A DNA stretch of 64,000 nucleotides, taken from assembly GCA_043228905.1 (NCBI GenBank), contig JBHGNT010000006.1:22072001-22136000 (forward strand), in the 5' to 3' direction. The position numbers and the translations under genes are program-made. The notes below the pieces were generated by a model. The model saw only the letters and a list, made by a program, of their open reading frames with translations, did no database searches and was not told where the DNA came from. Positions 36,652-48,853 of the stretch are shown here, piece by piece; the first letter of the stretch is position 1, and every line of letters starts with the position of its first letter. This DNA comes from Azolla caroliniana (lineage: Eukaryota > Plantae > Polypodiophyta).

Positions 36652-39600
36652 ATGTCATCGTCATCAACGACGACGACTGACGGATCTTCAAATTCTTCTT
36701 CGTCTCCTCCTCCTCCTTCGTCTTCTTCTTCTTCTTCATCTGATATCCCTACCGTTGGTCTGATCGGAATCGCAGCTGCAGCTGTGGTCGCCATAGCTAC
36801 GATCTTAACCTTGATCATCTGCATCTTCTGTCCTTGCAATACCAACCAAAAGAAGAAGAGAAATCGTTATGTCTCCCACTATAATCAGTCTCCACTCCAG
36901 AATCCTCCTTATTCTAGTAACTATCCATCGACGTTAACAGGTCAAAAAAAAAAAAACATTCCTTTATTCTTTTCCTTTTCTCCTCTCATATCAATAGATC
37001 TTTCCATTCTTCTCCTTCTCCTTCTTCTTTGGCGGATACGTCCACTTGACTTCTTACCTTTCGATTGTTTTTCTGTTCTTTTACCATATGAACCAATCTA
37101 ACATTGATTCTTTCTTCTTTGTTTAATTCTTATAGTCTTAAATAATCGACTCGCCAATATTATATTCATTTTGTAACCAGATTTGAATGTATCTTTCCCC
37201 GCTCCCTCTCTCTCTCTCTCTCTGGATTAGGTCTGTTGGATTTTCTTCTGTTCTGGTTCCTTCTTATCCGTCGATTCTATCTTTCTATTCTTTCTTATAT
37301 TCATCCATCAATAGATGGAGTCTCCTTATCTTCTTCTTTTTCAATTTGTAAGTATCATCAAATATATTGATGCAGACATGAATCTTTCATTTTTTATGCA
37401 GATTTGAATTTGTATCTTGGTCTAGTATTTGTCAATCTTTCTCTTTCTACATTCCTTGATTAGATTTCTTGCTTTTTTTATGTACATCTGCGCTGATTCA
37501 AATTTGATTGTATACAAAGAAGGGGGACTTTTGGACATGTAATCCATTCCAAGTTCTATCTTTGTTTTGTTTTTTGTTGATACTCTCTATGTTGTTTTAA
37601 ATTTGTCTGGGTTGGTTAGATTTGTTTCTGTTTATGAAAGAGTCCATTCTTTGAACATCTTATTCTTGGTTGATGTCCACAGGTAGAACTGGTTTTGTTT
37701 TCGATTCAATTTGCATGCGTTTCTGTTACCTGTATGATATACTAAGAAATTAGTTTTCTTGAATAAGAAAGTCATGGTTCATATGCACATAGTGCAGAAT
37801 CGTTTGTTAGAAATTCAAGTGTTTTATTTCTGTCAATCTGATCTTAAATGCAAATGTTTGTTTTGGATGTTTTTCTTTTTGTATCTCTGTTGTTACACAA
37901 GGAAACTAGATTTGAAGGGGAAAAGTATCAATATGCATTTAATAGGTATTGCTTGATGTTCACAAATGAAAGGCTAAACAACTTCGTGTTAGATGGTAAA
38001 ACTTCCACAAGCAATGAGCATTTGCTGTCATGGAGCTGGTCTTGTAGTGCATTAACATACTACTCCTCTATAATCATTGTGCTTGGAGGTAGAGGCTGCC
38101 TGATCATCGGTGGCATCACTCTTGTATTTGCGAGAATCAACCTCGTTCCTAGAGAGACGTCTACCTGCCAAAATCTAATTCCACATTTGGTGCTTTCCGA
38201 TATGAGATGCCAATAAAGTGGATTGCTAGGGATAAGTAACCACAGCTTGACCTAGAGAATTGCTCCTATGATGTGCCTTGACCTAAACAGATAAAAAGCA
38301 TGGGTATTATAACTTGGTCCAGACACAAAGTGAGTAAATGCTGAAATCCTATTAATGCGCGACGGTCCTGCCAGTTGAAAAGACTAAAAACAATAGATTT
38401 GAAGATGTAAGTGGCCTTTAAAGAGGAGTTTTACTAGGTCTTGGTTTATGTTCACAAATAAAAGATCAGAAATCTTGTTTTGAACAGGAATAATGTCCAA
38501 CAAGAGTTTGTGGAGTCTTCCTTAAAAATGTGCACAAATAAAGCCCAAAAAATTTAGGATTCAACAGGAATTGGGCATTAGAGCTTATACTGGGTTTTCC
38601 TGGATGTTCACAAGTAAAAGACTAAAAACCTACTTTTGAACAGGGAAAATGTCCATTAGCTTGGTTTAATTTGATGTTCACAAATAAAAGACTGCTTATA
38701 ATGAGATCAGAAATCATACCACCTAATTCTTCCTCGATGTTCACAAAATAGAGGCTAAAATCTTGTGAAAATAGATGAGGTGCACATGTGCCTGATAATG
38801 TTCGTTATCCTATAAAAGAAAATCAGAAATCATGGAAGATCTATACATTCACTTTTAAGAGCTCAATGATAATGCAGATACAAAAATCTGCGTATTCACT
38901 TTCCATAAGGTTGTCATATGATTCTATTCTGTGATGTATCAATAATTTCAATCTTTTTTATTTTATTTTTTGTTTAGTTTGTTTTGGGCTAGATTTTGCA
39001 CAAATTCTCTGAAGAAGATCTAGTTGTGCACATACAAACATCTGGATATTGATAGATTATTTTTGCTTGGAGTTTATTCTAGAAAATTACTACTCTTACA
39101 CTATGTACCCATGTAATACTATCTTGTGGTGTATCAAGGATTTCATTCTTGTTCACCAAAATAGTGGCTTTTGTAGTTTCTTTTCGCTCTTCTAGAAAGT
39201 GCTGTTTCTATTCCATGTCCGCATGTAATTCTATCTTGTGATGTATCAAGCATTGTAACTTTTGTAGCCAGCCTAAATTTCTTGGCTAGATTCACAAGGA
39301 TGTAACTTTTGGTCTCATTGGTCACTTTAGCCTTTTGAAGATGGTAATATACAAATTCATTTGTGCACAAAATGATCTCTAACTATTTGCTTTTTTAACT
39401 ATGGCCAGGAAAATCTCCAAATTCACCTAAGGCATTTTTTCCCTTGTATGACAGCGACTATAAGAATGAAGGGTCACATTCCCTTGGTTTCTCAAAAATG
39501 AATTTCAGCTACAATCAGTTGGCAATAGCAACTGATGGATTTTCGAAAAATAATCTTATAGGAGAAGGGGGGTTTGGATGTGTATACAGAGGAATTTTAA

Positions 39601-42600
39601 CTGATAAAAGAGTTGTGGCTGTGAAGCAACTTAGAGTGGGAGGAGGTCAAGGAGACAAAGAGTTCCAAGCAGAGATAGAGATTATTAGCCGAGTTCATCA
39701 TCGGCATTTAGTGACTTTAGTTGGGTTTTGTATCTCAGATAGTCAGAGGATGCTTGTATATGACTATGTTCCAAATGGCAACCTTTCTTATCATTTACAT
39801 GGTACGTATATGCCCATTTGATTTTTAAGAAGGATAAGTTTTTCTATTTGTAAAATGACTTTGTTAGGACACAACCCCTCCCTGGCAATTACATGGACTA
39901 TTTGATAAATATATAGTTGATTCCTCCTTTTTCTCAGTTATATGTGTGATTTGAGCAATTATATGGTCCCTTTTTCTCTCTTTCAGAGGCTGACCAGGGT
40001 CTTGGGGAAAAATGAAAATTGAGGGGCATTTTTTTGCTCAAGAAGAAAAATATTTGTTCATATGTAATTAAATTAGAATTTGTCTTGTAATTTTATATTT
40101 TCACTTCAACCATTGTTATTGAAGTTTACATGGTTTGTGTCATATTTGTTCTCGAGAAGGTTCACTTTTTCTATAAGCATTGTTTAGGTAATGGTATCAT
40201 TTTGAGGGTTGCTTCAAATGTTTGTAAATCCAAGGAGCAAACTTTTTGTGTATTGTAAAGCCATATTTTCAGGAGCAAACTTTCAGTGTGCTTGATTAGA
40301 AACTGAAAATATGATGTTGCAAAGCACAAGTTCTACCATTATACCATCATGCTTATATGTTTAGTTTTAATGATTACTCTATACCTAGTTGAGGGAGATG
40401 TTTAGATCTCCTTATGATGTATAAAAGCAATATGCTTTAGCATATAGTGTGTTCAGTATCTGATTGGGACAAGATGTCATGTTTTTCTTTCTCTGTAGGG
40501 AAAGGGCGTAACATTTTGCCTTGGCCGACACGAATGAAAATTGCGCTAGGGGCTGCGAGGGGTTTAGCGTACCTTCATGAAGATTGTAATACACTTCAGG
40601 ATGACATAACACCCATAATTTCTTGTTTAACTAGTTCTGCATGCCGCTTAAGTTTCTGATGTTACCCTGTAGGCCATCCTAGAATTATTCACCGTGATAT
40701 AAAGACGTCCAATATACTCCTGGACAAGAATTTTAATGCACAAGTAAAGTGTCCTTGTAGTTGATCTCTTATGTTCACCATTCCTTTCATCATTAGTAAA
40801 TTGCGAAAAACCTATGTATCAGGTGTCAGATTTTGGTCTTGCAAAACCAACTCAAGACGCAATGACTCATGTGACAACCAGGGTTGTTGGGACATTTGGG
40901 TAAAGTTTGGATCCATTATATACAATGCAATCACACATGATGATCATATTCTTTTTCATAGACATTGTTTTTGCAATTTATTGTATAGCGACAGTTCCCT
41001 TTCCATACAGGGAAAACCTCCAAAGTAACCACACATTTTTCTTTATTTACCAAATGCCCTGTGTTTTTACTCTCCCCAAATTCCCTTGGTCATCCCCCAA
41101 AAGAGCAATTATATGATGCTATTTGATTAATTATATGGTCAATTCATTCCCTTCTTCTATGAGCTATTTTTGCTGCATTTTCTCTCTTCAACTCAAGGGC
41201 ATTTTGGGGAATAAAGTTAACCTTGGTGATATTTTGGAGTATTTTCCCCTGTTTGACATATATCATATTGCTGATCAGTGGCTTTTATGCTTCCACAACA
41301 TGTGATGGTTTGTTTCAGGTATTTGGCTCCCGAGTATGCAGCAAGTGGAAAGCTCACAGATAAGTCAGATGTATTTTCATTTGGAGTTGTTCTTCTGGAG
41401 TTGGTGACAGGACGAAAGCCTGTGGATATGAAACAGTCTGCCGGTGAAGAAAGTTTGGTTGAGTGGGTATGTCTGATAAGTGCACAAGGAGAAGTGTAAT
41501 ATTATATTGGAATCTTTTTGAAAATATGTCTGAAAATGCTTCTGGATATTTTAATATGATGAGGTATGAAAATTTTATGTAACAAAGAGATTAAATTCTG
41601 TTGGGATTGAAGATTCGAATCTGGAAAAAGTGGAAGAGCTTCATGAACGAAAAATTATTTTGCCAGAACCATGCTAACTGGAAATAACAGAAAACAATTA
41701 ATTGCAAGAAACTCAAAAAAATCATTTGCATTCATTAAAATCCCTCATTGGGCCCTTAATCGTTAATAGAACTCTATATTTATCATAATCTCTTTCTAAT
41801 CCAACTTTCTAGCAACATGGCCATTACTCGCTTTTTAATTCAGTTATCTCATCTTAACCCCTTCATTAATCTCTTTTTAACCCACTTAATTGATTAACGA
41901 TAATCTTTATTAGCATTATCACAGAGAAAATATGGAATTATCATATATCTTATTCAGAATGTTTTGACTAAGTAACCAATGAAGGCATATTTCTCGGAAC
42001 ATTTCCTTAATAGTCATATTGATGTTTTATTTGTTGATTCAGGCTCGCCCGATACTTACAAGGATGAATAAAGAAAGTGATTTAGAGCATGTTGCTGATC
42101 CGTTTCTCAATGGTGCTTATAACGCAAAAGAAATGTTACGAATGGTTTTGGTTGCTGCAGCATGTATTCGTCATTCTGCTGCCAAGCGCCCGACAATGGG
42201 ACAGGTGAGGTTTACAATAAATGTGTAATTAACTGGTTATAAAATTATTAATCTGTGTTTTGATGCATAACTATTTTGATTGCAATGGAATAAATGGCAA
42301 CAGAACTTTCAAATTAATAAGATGAAACAAACCCTGACATGCCATGATGATGTCTGCCCTAAATTGTAAGGAATAGTAGAAAGAAAGAAATATTATTGTA
42401 TCATAATATGACAAAAATGGCCAACAAGACCTAACGTGTGATTACAACTGAATAATTGTCTTCGCTTGACGAATGATGAAACCAAATTGATATATGTAAA
42501 CTAGGAAAACGGCGTCTGGCTATTAATTTGATTAAGAGATATACACATAGAAATTCCATGCTAAGCATATAACATTATGAGATTAGATGGACTGAAATTT

Positions 42601-44336
42601 GACTTCAAAATATGGAGTGTGATCACTGGTGAAATACTAAGTGACAAATCAAACAAGATAAATTATTAATCCACTTAAGTATTAATCCCACAACATTTCT
42701 CTAAATCTGTTGATTCCCCGCAATGACAATCACAAGTATCATTGGTCTCCATGTTCCATTGGTTGTGAAGTTGACTAAAGCTTTGTATGAAGGGACAGTA
42801 CAATGACAAATGCGATTTTCCTCTAATTCCACTTCCTAGTGACACAATTGTCATATCCGTTTGTCCATAGCTTTTTCATGCATATCTGCCTATCTTTATC
42901 TCTTACAATTGCAAAAAGGTGCTGAGCTGCCCCTCCCCCATCACACGATGTAGCACATCAGTGTGAGCTGGATTAATCCATCAGGTGACACATGTAAATG
43001 TAGGGCCTTACACTGTACCATCTTCATTCCAAGTTGCTTTGTCAGTCCATTCTCTTCTGCTTGCTTTGTGTCCAAGTTTGAACCATCCAAACTTAATGAA
43101 TGGAACTTTATTGAATGAGCATAATGCATTTAATTTTTTGTCATGTGGCTTGAACCGTTCCTGCCTTTCAGGATCCAAAAGAAAATAATGACATAAGTTC
43201 CAACCTTGATCTATTTTCCTTGGGAGCTTTCAACTCTGTTAGATTCAAGTGACTCGGTCACTATTTTGTGTCAGCACAGAGTCTCCCATGGGGTTATGAT
43301 GCGTTGATCTATGTCATGTAGGCAATCACTGAGACTAGCCTCTCCATATCTGTAAGTAATGTGTCCTCCAAAGATTGGGTCTCCCAATTTCAACATCATA
43401 TAGAAGAAATGGTGCTATAAATACATTGAACACTCATAATTTTATCTGTGGTTCTACGTACCATATTTGTGTCCAGTGTCTCTCAAGGGCACTGAGTGCT
43501 GCATGGTTTACATGGGCTGGTTATTGATGTATGATGCGTATATGTATGCACAATTAAATTTGAGGGGTAACTTTAAATGAGAAATCACACATCAAAACAC
43601 CCTAATTTAATGGACATTTCACTGAATAACAACGAATTTCAAAATGTCACAAGAGCACCCCTATTTGTAGTTGTAACTTTTGTACTACATGTGTATTCTG
43701 GTAATTTTTGAGAACTCGAGTATTCTATAAGCTATTAAACTGGTATCTTGGTAAATATGCAAAATGCTAACGATATTTCAGTAATTTTTTTGCTATTAAT
43801 TTTTATCTTTAAGATTTCATCAATGTTGACTTTTTGATTCATTATGTAATGGCAAGACTTTGAGAGCACAGAAAGTCACAAGAACACCCCGGTTTGTAGT
43901 TGTAACTTTTGCACTACATGGGTATTCTGGTAATTTTGGAGACTCAAAGTAGTCTGCAAGCTATTAAAACTGAGGAATATCTTGGTAAACATGCAAAATG
44001 TTAGGGGTATTTCAATAATGTTTTGCTATTAATGTTTGTGCTTAAGATTTTATCCCAGTATTGACTTTTGTTTCAATATGGATTGGCAAGGCTTTGAGAG
44101 CACTGGAAGATGATGTTGCTCTTTCAGATCTCCATCAAGGTGTAAAGCCTGGATACAGTCATATGTATACTTCATCCTTTGCAAGCACAGAATTTGATAG
44201 TTCACCCTTTGATTTTGACATGAAGAAACCTCAACGAACCCATATTGAAGGTCCCGACTATAGTAGTGAATATAGTGGTGGAGCAACAAGTGATTATGGA
44301 GCAAATCCATTGACCTCAAGTAGTGAGCATTATTAA
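36652..44336 (+). CDS. PERK-like (proline-rich extensin-like) receptor kinase, 8 exons, 490 aa: 36652-36940, 39409-39801, 40499-40585, 40673-40743, 40823-40899, 41319-41466, 42043-42204, 44091-44336
   Basis: GT-AG introns give a 1473-nt open frame; S/P-rich N-terminus, one TM ([26 protein letters not shown]), [58 protein letters not shown]; 87/71/77/148/162-nt exons as in PERK genes. Confidence 0.9.
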
Positions 44337-47300
44337 CCACAAAAGAAATGACAAGAAATCAAGAAATGAGTTTGTATTGCGAGGGTAAGAGTTTTCTTTG
44401 GGTAAGAGCTTTCTTCCTTACCTCATTATGCTTGATACAATCCAAAGGCATTGTTGGTGAACTATTACAAATGATGCAATATGACTCATTGGAGTGAATC
44501 TTGCTGTTTGTTTCTGTATATAAGAGTGAGTGATTGTGAAACAATGGCCAGATTATGGATTGGGAATTCGACGAATTTACTTCTATTGTATATTCTTCCT
44601 TCACATAGAAATGCCAAAATCAGGAGCAAAACAAATGAAATAAGCGAAATTGGTAAAACAAAGAAGAAAACTGAATCATTTCATGGGTATTGTTGTGCCA
44701 TTCATGAGATGTGTACATTATGAGGTGGTAGACCTGAAAATTCTTTAAATTTTATTGTGTTTTTTATCCTTGATAATTTGGCAAGAGATTATGATTGTAA
44801 GTTCTTAACAAAGACTTTATGAATAATCTTTGGTAATTTTTTGATTATTTGTTTTCAATAGTCCTTCCTCTATGATAAGTGGTATGTTTAATCATAGATT
44901 GCAACATGATGTGCCCCATAATTGAGTACAAATTGGATCAATCATCTGGGTTGAAAAAATGGTAAGAGGTAATAAGCTGGTATTTGAAGATATCATAGCA
45001 CATCATGTGGGTTGAAAATATGGTAAGAGGTAATAAGCCGGTATTCTGAACATACCTTAGCACATCAATCACCTTCTCACTCTTTGAGATGGAAACTATT
45101 TTATGGTGGCTTGTAGACATATTTGGAGAGACTTTGAAAAAATTGAAGTATCTATGGACATGAATACATGCTTGCAATTTTTCAAATGTATGAGAAATAT
45201 CTCATGTGCATGTGGAAGATGGAATTAAAAAATTTCTCATGAGCGCTATTGGTGTTAATCAAGGTCCACCAACTCTGTGTACTTTATGCATTCCTTAATT
45301 GAAATAAATAGTTCTTGAGTTTATGAAGCAAGACGATATTCAAGAAATTACCATTAGGAATGTAATTATTGGACTCTTTTCGTACATACAAGTGATGTGA
45401 TGCTAGTAGAAAGCTTTTTCTTGAGTAAGTTGAATGTTAATAGCTCTAAAACAAAGGGTTACACACATGAAGACTCAACATACAAATAAACTATGTATTG
45501 TGTAATATAGTTGGGAGACTAATTGGATATGCATACTTGGCTTGAACTAGGTCATGAGTTTGAGTATCATACATTGCTATAATTCTCCACCTTTGACCAC
45601 ATTTGAGCTTGCTTTCTACACATTGTCAATCGAATCCAATTCCTAAGAGTCTAGGAGCCATGTGCTCGATTCCTCAATCGTAAGCAGAACTTTTCTGATT
45701 TGACTGGGTTCTCTATGGACAATATGTTCGGGTCGGTCATCAAAATTTCGGTTGAAGAGCCGACGTAGTTGACCTCCTCATGCCGGCTACTCTTTTGATC
45801 TGCTCTCTGAGCTTTGTCAGTTTTTGCTTTGAGTGCCCGACAATCGGCTTTGATGTGTCCCGGTTTCTTGCAGTAATTGCAAATTCGGTTGTCCCGGGAC
45901 TTGCTCCAACTTCGCTGATTGTTCGGTGGTCGGGAAGAACTTCTTCCCCGGTTGTTCAATCGGTCGATCGAACCTTGTACTACGTAAGCTTCATCTGCCA
46001 AGTCTTTGGCGAAAGACTTTCTCTGAGTTGCTTCAGTCAGGATTGCGCTCATGACTTCGGAGTACTTAACGGCATTTGTTGAAGCATTGCACACGGTTCT
46101 AACGAAAGTTTCCCATGAAGAGGGGAGATTACTCATAAGTATCATTGCTCTGAGTTCATCCTCGATTGCCGTCCCCTGAGACGTGATTTGGGAGCTTATG
46201 CTTTCGTACTCGTTGAGGTGTGCTTGAACCGAATCAAATTCTTTCATCCGCAAGTTGTAGAGGCGCCGGATCAGATACATCTTCGTTGCGGCGACCTTTT
46301 CATAAGTTTCCGACCGTGTTTTCCAAAGTTCAAAAGTTGTCGAGCACGATTGCATTGTGAAGTACACTGACTCCGACAAGTGCATCTAAATCGTGGCGCG
46401 GACGATTCTGTCCAGCTTTAGCCATTCGTTTGCCTTGTATGCTTCTGGAGGATTTTCATTCTCAATCGGGTCTATCTGACCCTTGACTATGAGATAGTCC
46501 TGCATTTGTTCCTTCTAGAAGTTGAAGTTTGAACCGTTGAACCTCCTTAGACTCATCTCCGATGAGCCGGATGTTGATGCTATTTGCTTCGGTTTCGGTT
46601 GGTAAGACTCGGTTCGGAGTTGACTATGAACCTTAGTGGGGTGCAACCGGTCAGCTCACCCGATATCGTTCTAGTCGATTTGAACCCGAGTCAGTTTGGT
46701 TTCGGATATGTTACGGGCATGACCATATAATATCCCGTGGTAAGAATTTACCGTAGTAATCTATACACGTGGATAAGTGTGAGGGTTAAATGAGAGTGTA
46801 AAGAAGGGGAGGATTACTTTTAATCCTCGGGATTGAGACAACCCATTAGGTCAAGTGTGAACTTGCCTGGGGGCCTTGGGTATCGCTATAAATAAGAGGC
46901 CTAGCTACCCTCATTTGATCATCTTTTGACTACATCGAGACTCTGCTCGTGTGGTGGGTCAACTCTTGTAGCGAGCGCGCCAGCACTAGGTACGACTCAA
47001 CGCCACGGCGGTGGTATGGGACGCCGATCGAGGCTCGAGTCCGTCTCGATCCCTTCGCTCAGGGGTGGTCGGGTGGATCGGCACCCTTCTTTCTCTTTCT
47101 CCTTTCTATCTTTCATTTCTTTATCCTTATCTTAAGCTTACTTTAGTACTAAGATCTATAATATTTGGTATCAGATTTTTGTACTAATGTTTCTTTGTTT
47201 TTCATTTGTCTTTTGATTGATGCTGATCGATCGTTGTGCGGTTGGCCTTGATCCAGACAACGATCAACAAAGAACTTCGGTAACTCTTTCCATAATTTTT

Positions 47301-48853
47301 CTTTGTATTCTCTCTTCTCCCATCTAATCATGTGTTTAGTTTATATGTAATTTTTTTCATTAAGCAATGATGTTGTAGTGGTCTTTAATTGATTATCTAA
47401 AACGTTTACATATGTGCACGAGGTCAATACCTCGTTTGACATATTAATAATATGTGATGAGTGTCGTATGCGTACGAGGTTAATACCTCAATTACGTATT
47501 ACGTTCACGAACATATGTTACGTTTGCGTATGAGTTTAATACCTTGATTTTTTGTAAACGATATGCGTTTGGTTTTGTATGCGTAAGAGGTCAATACCTC
47601 CATTGCGTATTACGATGATCTCTTATTTGTGGATGTTTCGTGTGCGTAGAGGTATATACCTCGATTACGTATCTCGATCACATCATTTGTGGCTATTTAA
47701 TATAACGATATGTTTAATATAGGCATATGTGGTCACATATATACGTATTTGATCGTATATATGTGATAAGTAAACATATGTGTATATTCGTTATTACGTG
47801 ATTATATCGAAAGTTGTCCTTGTCGGGAAAAGGATGTTGGTGGCCATCCTCACATTTTTGTGAGAATGGCGTTGTCACCATCCCTTTTTCAACATTTTTT
47901 TATTGTTGATAACCCCGTTGACGACCTTGATTTCGTTACGTAAAGAAACGCCAATAGCCAAAATGATGTTGAGTACGTAGGGCTTGACCCACTTCAAGTG
48001 AGGTCGCTCCAATGACGCACGTATCCAACATCCCCCCCTCGTTACATGGATACGATGCCACCATGAGCTCGTTCTTACGAGAGGCATTCGTAATGACGTG
48101 ACCATGTGATGGCCCACGTGAGCCTACTACGAAACAAGGGCTCATTTGGCTTGACCATTAGGTTGCACTTTGGCGTATGCCATCGTAATTACGAGACTTG
48201 AGGTTAGGTAACGTACCAACATAGTTTTGGTAAATGAGGGCGAAATAAGGACCCTTGACATATATGTTCTTTTAAAAAAACATATATGATCAATTGCCTC
48301 GCATATCTCTTATACGCATCAAACATTAAGCATTCGAGAAGAGCAACTTACTTGGTTGGCTCAAGTGTTTAATGTATTTGTTCTCGTGGTCTCGAGTTCA
48401 AATATGACCAAGACCATACAACATCCTTGATACATATGACTATAACACATGTTTAGACTTAAGGTCTAAGTGCACCTCGGGGTCCTCGTAATAGGACTTA
48501 AAGAGCCGAAACCACTTATGTGGGCACCGAAACATAGTTTATTGTTAACATTTTTTTTCGTGTATAAACTATTCATGCCGCGAACATACATGGTTGAGCC
48601 TCGGGGAGCCACCATGAAAAAATCGATATAGAGATCACAGGGAAAGACATTTATTTGTCACCCCCATGGTTTTTAAAACACCTTTGTGTTACCATAGTAA
48701 CCTGATCTTGAACCTCATCTCATACGTCTAGAGGGGTATTGACGTGAGATAATGATATCGATTAATGCTCGCCCATGATATGTTTACATCACGACATGAT
48801 GTTATGACTATATCTTTGACCTTATCCTATTTCTTTTCCAGAAATAATCTTTA

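Noticed and set aside
36180-36845. Minus-strand ORFs 36180..36845 and 36320..36739
   Set aside because: Antisense translations of microsatellites and kinase exon 1.
45435-45600. Possible short TRIM-like 3' LTR after AAGGTGGAGAAT (minus)
   Set aside because: No second copy or TSD, and it does not match the copia D 5' LTR; too weak to call.
47410-47675. CRISPR array call
   Set aside because: Eukaryotic retroelement leader, degenerate repeats, no cas genes; kept only as a hairpin array.
48345-48415. A/B-box-like motifs, and a possible intron ending at 48841, in the chromovirus leader
   Set aside because: No cloverleaf, and splice sites cannot be supported without transcripts.
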